Shown here: positions 11,410 to 22,339 of the stretch, piece by piece
How positions within the stretch are numbered: position 1 is the first letter of the stretch
How the letters are laid out: each line of letters opens with the position of its first letter
NCBI GenBank assembly: GCA_950097015.1
Contig: CATNEN010000002.1
Location: 7,254,001-7,318,000, forward strand
Length of the DNA: 64,000 nt
Source of the DNA: Macrostomum hystrix
Lineage: Eukaryota; Animalia; Platyhelminthes
Direction: 5' to 3'
The notes under the pieces: model-generated
What the model saw: the letters and a program-made list of their open reading frames with translations, nothing else
What the model was told of the DNA's origin: nothing
Database searches by the model: none
Translations under genes and position numbers: made by a program

Positions 11410-12401
11410 ATGGCAACCGTCTTTACTCTGCTGAGTCTGGGTTTCGTCTGTGCCCTTTTGGCCTGCATTACGAATCGTTGGAATGGCGGCGGACTGTTTG
11501 ACTTGCAGGGTACGATATTGCTGAGTTGCTGAGATAACAAATGAACTTTTACACTCAGAATATAGTAGCCCGTTTAACTTTTACGTTTCCATTTGCAGAA
11601 TACGGCCATCATGTTTTTCATGTCAGAGTCATAACCATCATCGGCACCGTTTTTTTGGGTATTGGCGTGCTACTCGAGTTATTCATGAGAATGTTCAAGA
11701 AGTTGAAGCAGAAAACTTCTATCAACGTAATGATCCTGATTTGCTGCATTATCAGCGGTGAGTACAAATCCTTGTTCCGCTAAATTTGCCCGTGTTTAAG
11801 CCACAGCGTGAACCTTTCTCTCCCAGATTTTACAGCCCGCACCCACTACCCCAACTCTACAGCCCGCACCCACTACCCCAACTCTACAGCCCGCACCCAC
11901 TACCCCAACTCTACAGCCCGCACCCACTACCCCAACTCTACAGCCCGCACCCACAACCCCAACTCTACAGCCCGCACCCACTACCCCAACTCTGTGGCCC
12001 ACACCCACAACCCCAACTCTACGGCCCGCACCTGCTACCCCAACTCTACAGCCCGCACCTACCACCCCAATTCTACACCCCGCACCTACCACCTCAAATC
12101 TACAGCATGCACCCACCACCCCAACCCTACGGCCCGCACGCACCATCTAAATTCTAACGCCAGAGCCGACGACCCCGAAGTCTATTTGAAAGTGCTCTTT
12201 TTATGTCAACAAGCCTCGAAGCATTTCTTTTAAGCGCTCTCCTTGTATGTGCACCCCGCAGTTGTAGGGCTGTTATCTGGCCTTTTATTGTACCTCAGGA
12301 GGTACTCAGAAAGCGGCTACAGCCTCTGGCTGCTGACTGCCAGCGTTGTGTTCGCTATGGAAGCTATGATTTTGAACATCAGGCAGTGGCATCGCGGTTA
12401 G
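11410..12401 (+). CDS. Minimal four-TM claudin/PMP22-superfamily-like protein, paralog 2 (132 aa, 3 exons)
   Basis: Exons 11410-11509, 11599-11757 and 12262-12401 have the same lengths and phases as paralog 1. They give MATVFTLLSLGFVCALLACITNRWNGGGLFDLQEYGHHVFHVRVITIIGTVFLGIGVLLELFMRMFKKLKQKTSINVMILICCIISVVGLLSGLLLYLRRYSESGYSLWLLTASVVFAMEAMILNIRQWHRG*. Confidence 0.85.
11830..12145. repeat. 27-bp minisatellite in intron 2 of paralog 2
   Basis: Direct repeat of the same unit as 1385-1800. Confidence 0.95.
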
Positions 12402-13009
12402 TATTTATTTTGTTTGAACAGGCTAGCAATATTTGGCATTCTACTAGTATTAGAAAGACAATTTAAATCGAATGGACAAAGACTGAAAGACACTGAATCA
12501 TTATATTTTTATATTGTTCTTATTTACCCTTGATGGCAAACGCTTCTTCGTCCTTCTAAAAAATATTCAACGATATTTTTTTATTTTTATAATTTCTACA
12601 ATGAAGGTGTTAGAATTTATTTTTGCATGACAACTCTATCTGCAGTTGGTCTGAGTGCACTTTTAGCTGCTGCATGCCTTAGACCTGATTCTGATGATTC
12701 CCCCACTTGCCCCGGGCGAACATCTCTGTTTTCAGTTGAAACTTCATTTATTTGCATCGGTGCAAATACACAGTTCATTTCACTCGCGCGTAGAAAATAT
12801 TAAAACGCTGCTTCTAACTGCTCAATAGTCTAAATCAATAAACTTCACTTTACTTCACTCAGCTATAGCTCAAATTTAATTTGACCATAGACATTGAATA
12901 ATTTTTGTTTTTCGCTCATAAAATTTAATAACGGGCTAAACGCCCCTTGACCCCGCTTACCCCGTTACGCTGCTTCTAATTTTAAGTGGGGAGATATCAC
13001 GCATTCGAC

Positions 13010-13790
13010 ATTAATACCACATTAATTCCACATTAATTCCACATTAATTCCACATTAATTCCACATTAATACCACATTAATTCCACATTAATTCCACATT
13101 AATTCCACATTAATACCACATTAATTCCACATTAATTCCACATTAATTCCACATTATTACCACATTAATTCCACATTAATTCCACATTAATTCCACATTA
13201 ATTCCACATTAATTCCACATTAATTCCACATTAATTCCACATTAATTCCACATTAATTCCACAATAATACCACATAAATTCCACATTAATTCCACATTAA
13301 TTCCACATTAATTCCACATTAATTCCACATTAATTCCACATTAATTCCACAATAATACCACATTAATACCACATTAATTCCACATTAATACCACATTAAT
13401 TCCACATTAATTCTACATTAATACCACATTAATTCCACATTAATTCCACATTAATACCACATTAATTCCACATTAATTCCACATTAATTACACATAAATA
13501 CCACATTAATTCCACATTAATTCCACATTAATTCCACATTAATACCACATTAATTCCACATTAATTCCACATTAATTCCACATTAATACCACATTAATTC
13601 CACATTAATTCCACATTTATACCACATTAATACCACATTAATTCCACATTAATACCACATTAATTACACATTAATACCACATTAATTCCACATTAATTCC
13701 ACATTAATTCCACATTAATACCACATTAATTCCACATTAATTCCACAATAATACCACATTAATTACACATTAATACCACATTAATTCCAC
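13010..13790. repeat. 11-bp minisatellite (TTCCACATTAA)n
   Basis: About 70 units. The matching site in copy 1 (about 2630-2662) has only 2-3 units. Confidence 0.97.
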
Positions 13791-14010
13791 AAAAATGCTT
13801 TCGTGCCTCGCTTATTGCCCAAGAACTGGTATAAATGTATGAGTTGCATTGTATAGCGTTGGATTAGTGCTTTAGATGGTGCATTAGATGCACGCTCATT
13901 TAAAGAGTTCGCTTTCAACTTAGACTAAGGGAGTTAACTAAGGGAACGTTGGATTAGTGCTTTAGAAGGTCCGTTAAATGCACGCTCGTTTAAAGAGCTA
14001 AGGGAGCTAG

Positions 14011-14862
14011 TTGAGGAGGAGTGCTGAGAAAAAATACTTTCTTAATTCACACTCATGCGAGAATATGGCCCAGTCACCAGCTAAAGTCAGGCTTTCGAAT
14101 TTGAGAAAATTTCCAAACGAGATGATATCCGCATTGTCTACCGAGGAGATTGACCCCATTCTTGATGAGCCTGATGATCTACCGAAGTCGGCGATTGATC
14201 GAGAAGACGAAGATCTACTAGAGTCTCTTTTCCAGAAGACACCCGACGAAGAGGCTGAGCTCGTATTTGCACTGGAACAACTCGTTTCTGAAATTGAAGA
14301 GACCGCTGCTAGCGAAAGTGTGACAAAGGCTACTGAATATTACGTCTGCAAGTTGCCAAGCTTCATGGAAAACCATCCGTCAGTTCAGTGGGATTTGTAG
14401 ACTGCGACACCGCGAGAGATTGACTGTCTTTTGAGTCACTTCTACGGTCCACTTCGCAAGAAGGATGGCGAACACTTTGCTCCAGCCACGTTGATTTGCA
14501 TCCGAGCGGCCCTCTTCCGGCATTTTATGTCGACAGGGCCAATCAATATTCTGACCGACAGTGCATTCTACGCATTCAACAAGACGCTGAAGTCAATGGG
14601 TAGAGTGGGCAAAGAAGTATCCAGGGATTCATGTGACGATATCAAGGAAGCTGTTTTGAGTGCGTTGCCAGACAAAAGCCGCTACCCCGTGGCAGCTATA
14701 TGAAGCTCTATTTAGCTAAGCGTCAGCAATCCATCCCATCAAGCAGTGCTGATACGGTGAAAAGACATTTCTTCCTGCAGCCGAAGAAAACTGGCTGGCC
14801 GAATGGAGCATGGTACTGCCTGCACAAGCCATTGGTGTTAATCCGTTGGGTCAGCTGATGAG
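14011..14862 (+). pseudogene. Degenerate Crypton-like (DUF3504 tyrosine recombinase) DNA transposon gene
   Basis: Reading across a stop and frameshifts gives TKATEYYV, LLSHFYGPLRKKDGEHFAPATLICIRAALFRHF, YPV...KLYLAKR...FFLQPK, and WYC...IGVNPLGQLM. These motifs are typical of Crypton/KCTD1/ZMYM/QRICH1 DUF3504 regions. The interior is heavily deleted. Confidence 0.78.
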
Positions 14863-14864
14863 TA

Positions 14865-15255
14865 CTTAGTATTCAGTTAGTCTAGGTAGCGTATCTAGTT
14901 ATTCTGGGTAGCGTATCTAGTTATTCTGGGTAGCGTATCTAGTTATTCTGGGTAGCGTATCTAGTTAGTCTAGGTAGCGTATTTAGTTAGTGTAGGTAGC
15001 GTATTCAGTTAGTGTAGGTAGCGTATTCAATTAGTCTAGGTAGCGTATTCAGTTAGTCTAGGTAGCGTATCTAGTTATTCTGGGTAGCGTATCTAGTTAT
15101 TCTACTAGGTAGCGTATTCAGTTAGTCTGGGTAGCGTATTCAGTTAGTCTAGGTAGCGTATTCAGTTGGTCTAGGTAGCGTATTCAGTTTGTCTAGGTAG
15201 CGTATTCAGTTAGTCTAGGTAGCGTATTCAGTTAGTCTAGGTAGCGTATTCAGTT
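14865..15255. repeat. 22-bp minisatellite variant (GGTAGCGTATTCAGTTAGTCTA)n
   Basis: Direct repeat, homologous to 5290-8095. Confidence 0.95.
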
Positions 15256-16384
15256 ACCACAGTACACCATCGCCTAGTCTGTCAACCAATGAGTCACCGC
15301 CCGAAATCTGTCAACTAATTCAAGCGCTGCCAAAAAAATTTCAGCGCCCCCTTGGTGATCGGGTGGCAAAATGGCTTTGGTAGTCCTACTGTTAATGTCT
15401 TAAGTCCTCTCCTCTCTACTCTCAGTAGTGCGAAACAATTTAAAATGTTGTAGAAATACGAGTAAGACCTCTAGATTTAGTTTCTCAGTCCTTAGTAGCG
15501 CATTGTGAAGGGACATAGATTTTTATCTTGGCTTTTGATTGCTTTGAAAGCGGCTTCGCTTAAGACATCACCGTGAAGACACTGAGGTCCACCTGATGTC
15601 TGGAGATCAAAAGCAGAATTGTTCGGGCATGCGTTTCCTTTAACTTGGAATAAGAGACAGAGAGATCAGCTTTCTTTACACTGCCTTGAATTAGGGAATG
15701 CACGGAAGGGCTTGAGTACTTCAGTTCAGAAAATCTTTGAATTTTTTTTAAACACTCAATCCCTCTTTGAGCAGAAAGCAAAGCTGGTTCACTTGAGTAA
15801 GTTCGGCAGTTGCCATAGCAACTATCTCTTAATTTTCGGCTGTTTCGGTTGAATCTGCAGCCCCTACAGGTATCTATATACAGATACAGAATTGTATCTG
15901 CTCTGCCACTACACCTTGGCCTCCGCTACACCTCAGATCCACATCAGCCGGGCAAAAAAATAAAATGCAAAATTCCCAAAGAAGGAAGGGGAGAAAGCAA
16001 GGCGATATGAAGCCCGAGGGAGGTCCGGAGATAAGAGAAGATTAATTCTTGTCTCCTCCATCATTTTCTTCCGTTGCTACCTGTGGCGAGTAGCTGGGGG
16101 ATGGCAGGAGACTCGGAGGAGTTGAAAATCCTGCCGAGGGAGCGGACTGCACATCGGGGCGAAGTCCTTTTGCTTCATTCTTACCCGAATCTTTGGGGTG
16201 GCGGCAATGGCGTGTCGGCGGGGCGAGAGCGACAGTCAGCTGACTGATTGACTGCCTGGCTGACGGTTGGTGTCAGCTCAGTTTTGCAATTTTGCTCAAT
16301 TTAACAATTTCCATCTAGGTTTGCGCAGTTTTCACTGTCTAAGAGTGTACGGATAAAAGTGCAGGACTCGGAGCTATTGAAAGA

Positions 16385-16890
16385 CTCCTGCTTCGATTCT
16401 TGTTGTCTCTCCTGCTTCGATACTTAGCGTGTCTCTCCTGCTTCGATACTTAGCGTGTCTCTCCTGTTTCGATACTTAGCGTATCTCTCCTGCTACAATA
16501 CTTAGTGTGTCTCTCCTGCTTCGATTCTTGTTGTCTCTCCTGCTTCGATTCTTGTTGTCTCTCCTGCTTCGATACTTGGTGTGTCTCTCCTGCTTCGATT
16601 CTTGGTGTCTCTCCTGCTTCGATACTTGGTGTCTCTCCTGCTTCGATACTTAGCGTGTCTCTCCTGCTTCGATACTTACTGTGTCTCTGTTGCTTTGATA
16701 CTTAGTATGTCTCTCCTGCTTCGATTCTTGGTGTCTCTCCTGATTCGATTCTTGGTGTCTCTTCTGCTTCGATTCTTGGTGTCTCTCCTGCTTCGATTCT
16801 TGTTGTCTCTCCTGCTTCGATACTTAGCGTGTCTCTCCTGCTTCGATTCTTGGTGTCTCTTCTGCTTCGATACTTGGTGTGTCTTCTCAG
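16385..16890. repeat. 24/26-bp minisatellite, copy 2
   Basis: Same units as 9815-10150. Confidence 0.95.
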
Positions 16891-17044
16891 CGTTAAAAAA
16901 TTAATGTGACCTTTTTCGCATCGACCCAGCTTTGATCTGAGTGACTTACAGCTGTCAACAGGTATTTATGATAGTTTTTATTATACAGATGGTGTAGCTT
17001 AAAACTTTTCGTTTGTTCCGTTTTTTAAGCAAATGACACATTCA

Positions 17045-17400
17045 TGGCAGGGGGTGAGTACTGCAGCGAAACGCGTCTGCCTCCCGCGCCAAGGTCCCTG
17101 AGCTCGATTCCGCAAAGCGACTTTCATTTGGGTCCCATCCGCGGAGAGAAGGCTTGGGGTTTGTTGTGCAATTTTAGCCCTCAAGGGCGACCACCCAATG
17201 CTCAGTAAGAGGGTACACTGCCTGACGATAAGAAAGTCATGTCAGATTTAAACACCTGTGTGAGCGTTTGCCTGAGTAAAGCTTCTGTGTGCGAGTGTGC
17301 TCAGGAGTCAGCGAAACAGGCAAAATTGCCCCCTCGCTGGCTGCGGGTCTAGTGAGTCACCAAATGATGCGCCATTGCCCACAGCCCTCCTGCAAGTAAA
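17045..17400 (+). mobile_element. tRNA-derived SINE, decayed copy (duplicate of 10305-10655)
   Basis: Near-identical to 10305-10655. Confidence 0.85.
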
Positions 17401-17691
17401 ATTAATTCCTACTTCACTACGGTACTATCCATTCAATGCAGCGCCAAGTGGGTGAGGAATCTGTATTACGAGCCGTTGTTTTATTCTAAATGCTTTGACA
17501 TTGCAGTGAAAACATTTACGGGGGGAATGTTGACATTAGGGCTGCGATATTCTGATGTCATGTACAAGTGCTCACGAAAGCAGAACTACCAGAAACTCGA
17601 TGGCTGAAGGCATGAAGACATTGTGAGTGACGATATCCGGGGCGGGGGGTATTGGCAGTTAAAAGTGCATCGAATTGGTGCGGAACGCGGC

Positions 17692-18237
17692 CTATGCCAA
17701 GCTGCCGTCCTGGCTCTGGTGAAAGTGCACCTTCACCACCGACGCGCTCTCCGACGCCACCCGAAGCCGCCTGGGCTGCTCCGGTTTCAACGGTAGTTTT
17801 GCCTCGTTCTGGCATTCAACCAAAGTCCTGCAGGTCGCCGCATTGACAGCCGGAGCTTCTTCCGCCTCCGCGAGGTCGTCCGCGGCCATCGCCGCAGCCG
17901 CCTCCGCCTCCGCCATCGCCGTCTGTCTGGAAAGTCTTCGTCTGCGCGATCTGTCGCGATAGTGGCACGCCACCATGCAGGCAGCAATGAGCAGCATGAG
18001 GCAGGTGAGCACCAGGGCGATCTTGACGCCGTCCCAGGGATCGTAGTACAGGCTCATGATGCGGGACTTCACGCCGTCGTAGCGGTAGTATTTGTACAGC
18101 TCGTCGAAGGAGATCAGACGGCGGCCAGCGAATGCTAGCCGGAATTTCTCCGGATCCCAGGTGCGCAGCGGCTGAGTGGCTGCCCAGGTGGTCGAGCTGG
18201 GATCGTCAGCTGCGGGCTCAACTGTACTATTAGCCAT
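17692..18237 (-). CDS. Single-pass membrane protein (181 aa), no signal peptide, unknown function
   Basis: ATG-initiated, GC3-rich intronless ORF. One TM segment (IALVLTCLMLLIAACMVAC) followed by a basic cluster (RDRSRRRR). N-glycosylation sequon at N3 and a Tyr-rich juxtamembrane region. Confidence 0.8.
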   Translation of the reverse strand: MANSTVEPAADDPSSTTWAATQPLRTWDPEKFRLAFAGRRLISFDELYKYYRYDGVKSRIMSLYYDPWDGVKIALVLTCLMLLIAACMVACHYRDRSRRRRLSRQTAMAEAEAAAAMAADDLAEAEEAPAVNAATCRTLVECQNEAKLPLKPEQPRRLRVASESASVVKVHFHQSQDGSLA

Positions 18238-18521
18238 CCTGAGCGCTCGAGTTCTGTCGTCCGATCCACTGCCAGGTTTGTCGAGAAATTTCTTCTCTTA
18301 TAAGCCGATCAAACGAATGCCCAAGCGGCTGCCACTCCGCCTTCATCGTTACCGCTCCTAGCCAATCAGCGGTGAGTTTGAAGGGGCTGCCTGGCTTTCT
18401 AGTGCAGTCCACGTAAAAATATTTGACGCCAAGAATTTGCGAAGGAGTACAATGTTAGATTTAGTTACTAAGCGTAACTGGGAGCTAACCAAAGTTTGTC
18501 AGCTGATTCCTCAGTTGAGCC

Positions 18522-18645
18522 ACATTAATTTGGGGTCCAGCAGCGGAGACAGAAGTTTAGGGGGCTCGTTGTGCAATTTCCGAAACTCAGGGTCAATCTC
18601 CGAGGCACAGTGAAATTATGCACTGCCTGACGATGAGAAAGTCCA
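18522..18645 (+). mobile_element. SINE fragment (central part)
   Basis: Contains TTGTGCAATTT...CACTGCCTGACGATGAGAAAGTC, shared with the other SINE copies. Confidence 0.65.
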
Positions 18646-19803
18646 TGCCTGTGTATGGTACCTACGTACAGGATCCGTTTAATATCCGTGAGTGCACAAT
18701 GATTTGGAGTCCTCTCTCCCGAGCGGGTGGTTGAGACCGATTATTATTACTATTATTATTACACCCGGACTTGCAAATGCCATTTTAATAAAGGAAGCAA
18801 GAGTTTCAGTTAATGGCCGAAGAGCTAATCACAGAAGTTTCCGATTAAAAAGACTGTACAAAAATGTAGCTTGAAACAGTAGACCACGAGGGGCATTTTA
18901 AATACCCGTGTTTTTGTATCTCCAAAAATATTGAACAAATCGCTCTAAAAATCCGAAACACGGGCTTAAATTTAGCACGGAAATAATCCCAGAGCATCGT
19001 CATCGTCAATATCGTCGACTCAACGACTCTCGTCGGGGTGTTCTGCATGGTGGTAAAAACGACTAATATAAGTGCATTTTTTCTGCTCACAAAATTTCGT
19101 CATGAAACCGTATCAGCTATTATTGTTTGTTGTTTATATTGTTATTTTTTAATCTCTGAACATCTCAACTATGCTGACGTCGGACTGTTTTTAAAGCTAG
19201 TTCATCGCAAAGGCGGGAAATTTTGATACATGTCGTGGACTTGGACGCAAATGGGTAATTTGGTTTGGTGAACATGGCTTCAAGAATGGTCAGTTTGTAA
19301 TCTTGCCTACACGTGTCAACAACTTTGAATAGTTCAAGTGGCTCCTTATTACGAGTACAACAACTATCGCAACCTAGTTTACATTCAAGCGTTTTTTTCT
19401 GAGCGATAAATAAAAGTACATGTTAGGTTCTAAGAAAGACGCCATCTTAAGCAATTTAGAAGTCGCCAAAGTGCAAGAAAAAATATTTTATCATTATCAA
19501 ATTCAGTGAATTTCTGCTTTAACGCACTCATACCTGGATATTCTCCAGCAGTGGGCATTGGGACTGGTTTGGTACCGTCACCATCATTTTGATGGAGTGG
19601 CCTTGGCTGGCACTGTCCTTCCTGAAATCAGGAAAGGAAGCACAGAACTAGAGGCGGACACAGAGCATGCAGCGGTGATGGATGCCCCGCGGTGAGCAAC
19701 CCTGGGACTGACCCAGTGAGGCTGCCCTGTCCTGCTCTGACTTGGGGAAATCTGAGCGACTAAGAGGAAACAAAAACCTTTTTTAAAGCAGACCGAATTC
19801 TGA

Positions 19804-19805
<2 letters not shown>

Positions 19806-19833
<28 letters not shown>
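19806..19833. repeat. (CTG)n microsatellite
   Basis: Direct. Confidence 0.9.
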
Positions 19834-19836
<3 letters not shown>

Positions 19837-20329
19837 TGTCTGACTCTTTCTCTTTCTATTTTCGCTATCCAAGCCGCCTCCACCCTTAGCAAAGACAGTT
19901 CTTGTTTTAGCAGCGCAAACAGGGCCTGGGAAATCTCCCCCTCCTACATTTGCTTGTGAATATCCCCGGCCCGAGGCCGAGTTTTCTGTCGTCTGTGCAC
20001 GGCCAAATCCAAGCATTTCATGTCGAACCTGTCAACCAGGTCTGAGGGGGGGGAAGGGGCAGGGACCACAGCCACCAGAGGGATTTTCCTGACTTTCTAG
20101 GGTCGGCTGAAAATCCTCAGGAGCAAACAAGCCGGCCTCGTCTTAGCATGCCATGCCATGCATGCCACGGCTGCGTCAATTGCTACTAAAATAACCAACT
20201 GGCTTTGAGGCCGAAGTTTGCTTTAGAGGGCCTTTTACATGTACAGGTGGCCTGGTCTTGTATCTTTGTAACTCACACCTACTTCTCTCCCATTCTATTC
20301 CCCTGCACCGCCTATATCTTCTATCTTCG

Positions 20330-20760
20330 AGCGCCTGCCTCTCTCCCTGCCCCTCTCTCCCTGCCTCTCTCTTCCTGCCTCTCTCTCCCTGCCTCTCTCC
20401 TCCTGCCTCTCTCCTCCTGCCTCTCTCTCCCTGCCTCTCTCCTCCTGCCTCTCTCCTCCTGCCTCTCCCTCCCTGCCTCTCTCCCTGCCTCTCTCTCTGC
20501 CTCTCTCTTCCTGCCTCTCTCTCCCTGCCTCTCTCCCTGCCTCTCTCTCTGCCTCTCTCTTCCTGCCTGTCTCTCCCTGCCTCTCTCTCTCTTCCTGCCT
20601 CTCTCCCTGTCTCTCTCCCTGCCTCTGTCTCCCTGCCTCTGTCTTCCTGCCTCTCTCCCTGCCTCTCTCCCTGCCTCTGTCTCCCTGCCTCTGTCTCCCT
20701 GTCTCTCTCCCTCTCTCTCCATCTCCCTGCCTCTCTCTCCCTTCCTCTCTCCTTGCCCCT
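20330..20760. repeat. CT-rich low-complexity repeat (CCTGCCTCTCTCT variants)
   Basis: Direct; source of several artefactual ORFs. Confidence 0.93.
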
Positions 20761-21399
20761 CTCCCCCCGTCATCTCCCCGCACGAATTCACCTCTCTGTT
20801 CTCGCCAGCCAAGCTTCTCTCGGACGCATTCGGCTCGTGCCTCCCACACGCAAAAGTGCATTTTGTATTGGTGAAATCTGAACTTGGAAATTGCGTTTCT
20901 GCGGCTTGGAATTTTCCATTTTCTCGTATTTGAATACCGGTCTCACTCGCCAGCCTTGTCAACCAGCTTCCTTTAAGGAATCAAAGAGAATAAAAGTAAG
21001 ACTTGCTTGCCCTTGGCCAGCACGGCGTCTATTGACACTGCTCAGCTCAGCTGCCTGCTCACAGCAATCGATTTGGGGTTAAGCTGTAATTTTCATTTCC
21101 TGAGCTACAATGATGTTTCGTTATTGCTTTCTGACCGAAATCGTTCAGTCCATGCTTTGCGTGATTTGGAATAAATTTTCAGTTTACATCGGACAGACAG
21201 GACTCCAAACGTAACCCGAATATGAGTCATGAATATTCAATGCAGCGCCGGATTTCATGGCCCATAGTCGATTAAATGATATGCGAGCTGGGGTTGGGTA
21301 CAATTCAGTGTTGCGCTTGTTAATTTTCATTCTCTTTCTGTTAATAATAATATTTAGACAAAGAGTAAATTTTTTTAAAACGAAAAAATGAGGCCATGA

Positions 21400-21900
21400 A
21401 CTAAAACCCTGACAAGGCTGTGGACTCACCCCAATGAGTAGATATAGGCTGTGGACTCACCCCAACTAAAACCCTGACAAGGCTGTGGACTCACCCCAAT
21501 GAGTAGATATAGGCTGTGGACTCGAACACAATGAGTAGATATAGGCTGTGGACTCGAACACAATGAGTGGAAGCAGGTTGTGGACTCGAACACAATGAGT
21601 GGAAGCAGGTTGTGGACTCGAACACAATGAGTAGATATAGGCTGTGGACTCGAACACAATGAGTGGAAGCAGGTTGTGGACTCGAACACAATGAGTGGAA
21701 GCAGGTTGTGGACTCGAACACAATGAGTAGATATAGGCTGTGGACTCGAACACAATGAGTAGATATAGGCTGTGGACTCGAACACAATGAGTGGAAGCAG
21801 GTTGTGGACTCGAACACAATGAGTGGAAGCAGGTTGTGGACTCGATCACAATGAGTGGAAGCAGGTTGTGGACTCAACCACAATGAGTGGAAGCAGGTTG
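21400..21900. repeat. 32-bp minisatellite (TGTGGACTCGAACACAATGAG + TAGATATAGGC or TGGAAGCAGGT)
   Basis: Two unit variants interspersed. Confidence 0.95.
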
Positions 21901-22339
21901 TGATTATAATTATCTGGCTGATGACTGCAGCAATCCATATTGCAAATTTGTGAATTCTGCAGGTTCTAGTAAATATATTTCATCAGTGCCATCAGTCGCG
22001 ACATTCTTCATAGCATCTGCGCACTTTTACATAATTGCATTTCTTCTATAGCAAGACAGTGTTAAGCAGGTCTTCTGGGGCCCAATAGCAACAGTAGCAG
22101 CGACTGCACACCGAGCTGTAGTTGACTGGCTTCTGGGCCTAAGATAGAGACGGAAATTATGTACAATCACATTTTGGAGTGCGAAATGCAAATCCGCAGA
22201 GCTGGCAAAGTGGAAGCGAGACGGATTAGTCAATGAGGAAATTTGGTCATTTCTAGGATAATCTGCTTCTAGGGAATTTCTGCCTGAGTTCCAACTCAAG
22301 AGACTGCAAAGAAAACTAGCTGACTTAGGGGCAAAAGTG

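Larger units (their letters stand above)
1..17667. repeat. Tandem segmental duplication: copy 1 (before 1 to 10925), copy 2 (10926-17667)
   Basis: About 711-3032 aligns to about 11161-14203, and 8661-10925 aligns to 15256-17667. The order of satellites, gene, Crypton remnant and SINE is the same in both. Shared sequence ends at GGCAGTTAAAAGTG (10925/17667). Confidence 0.95.

Noticed and set aside
20205-20962. Long L/S/P-rich and R/E/G-rich ORFs on both strands
   Set aside because: Products of CT-rich low-complexity repeat DNA.
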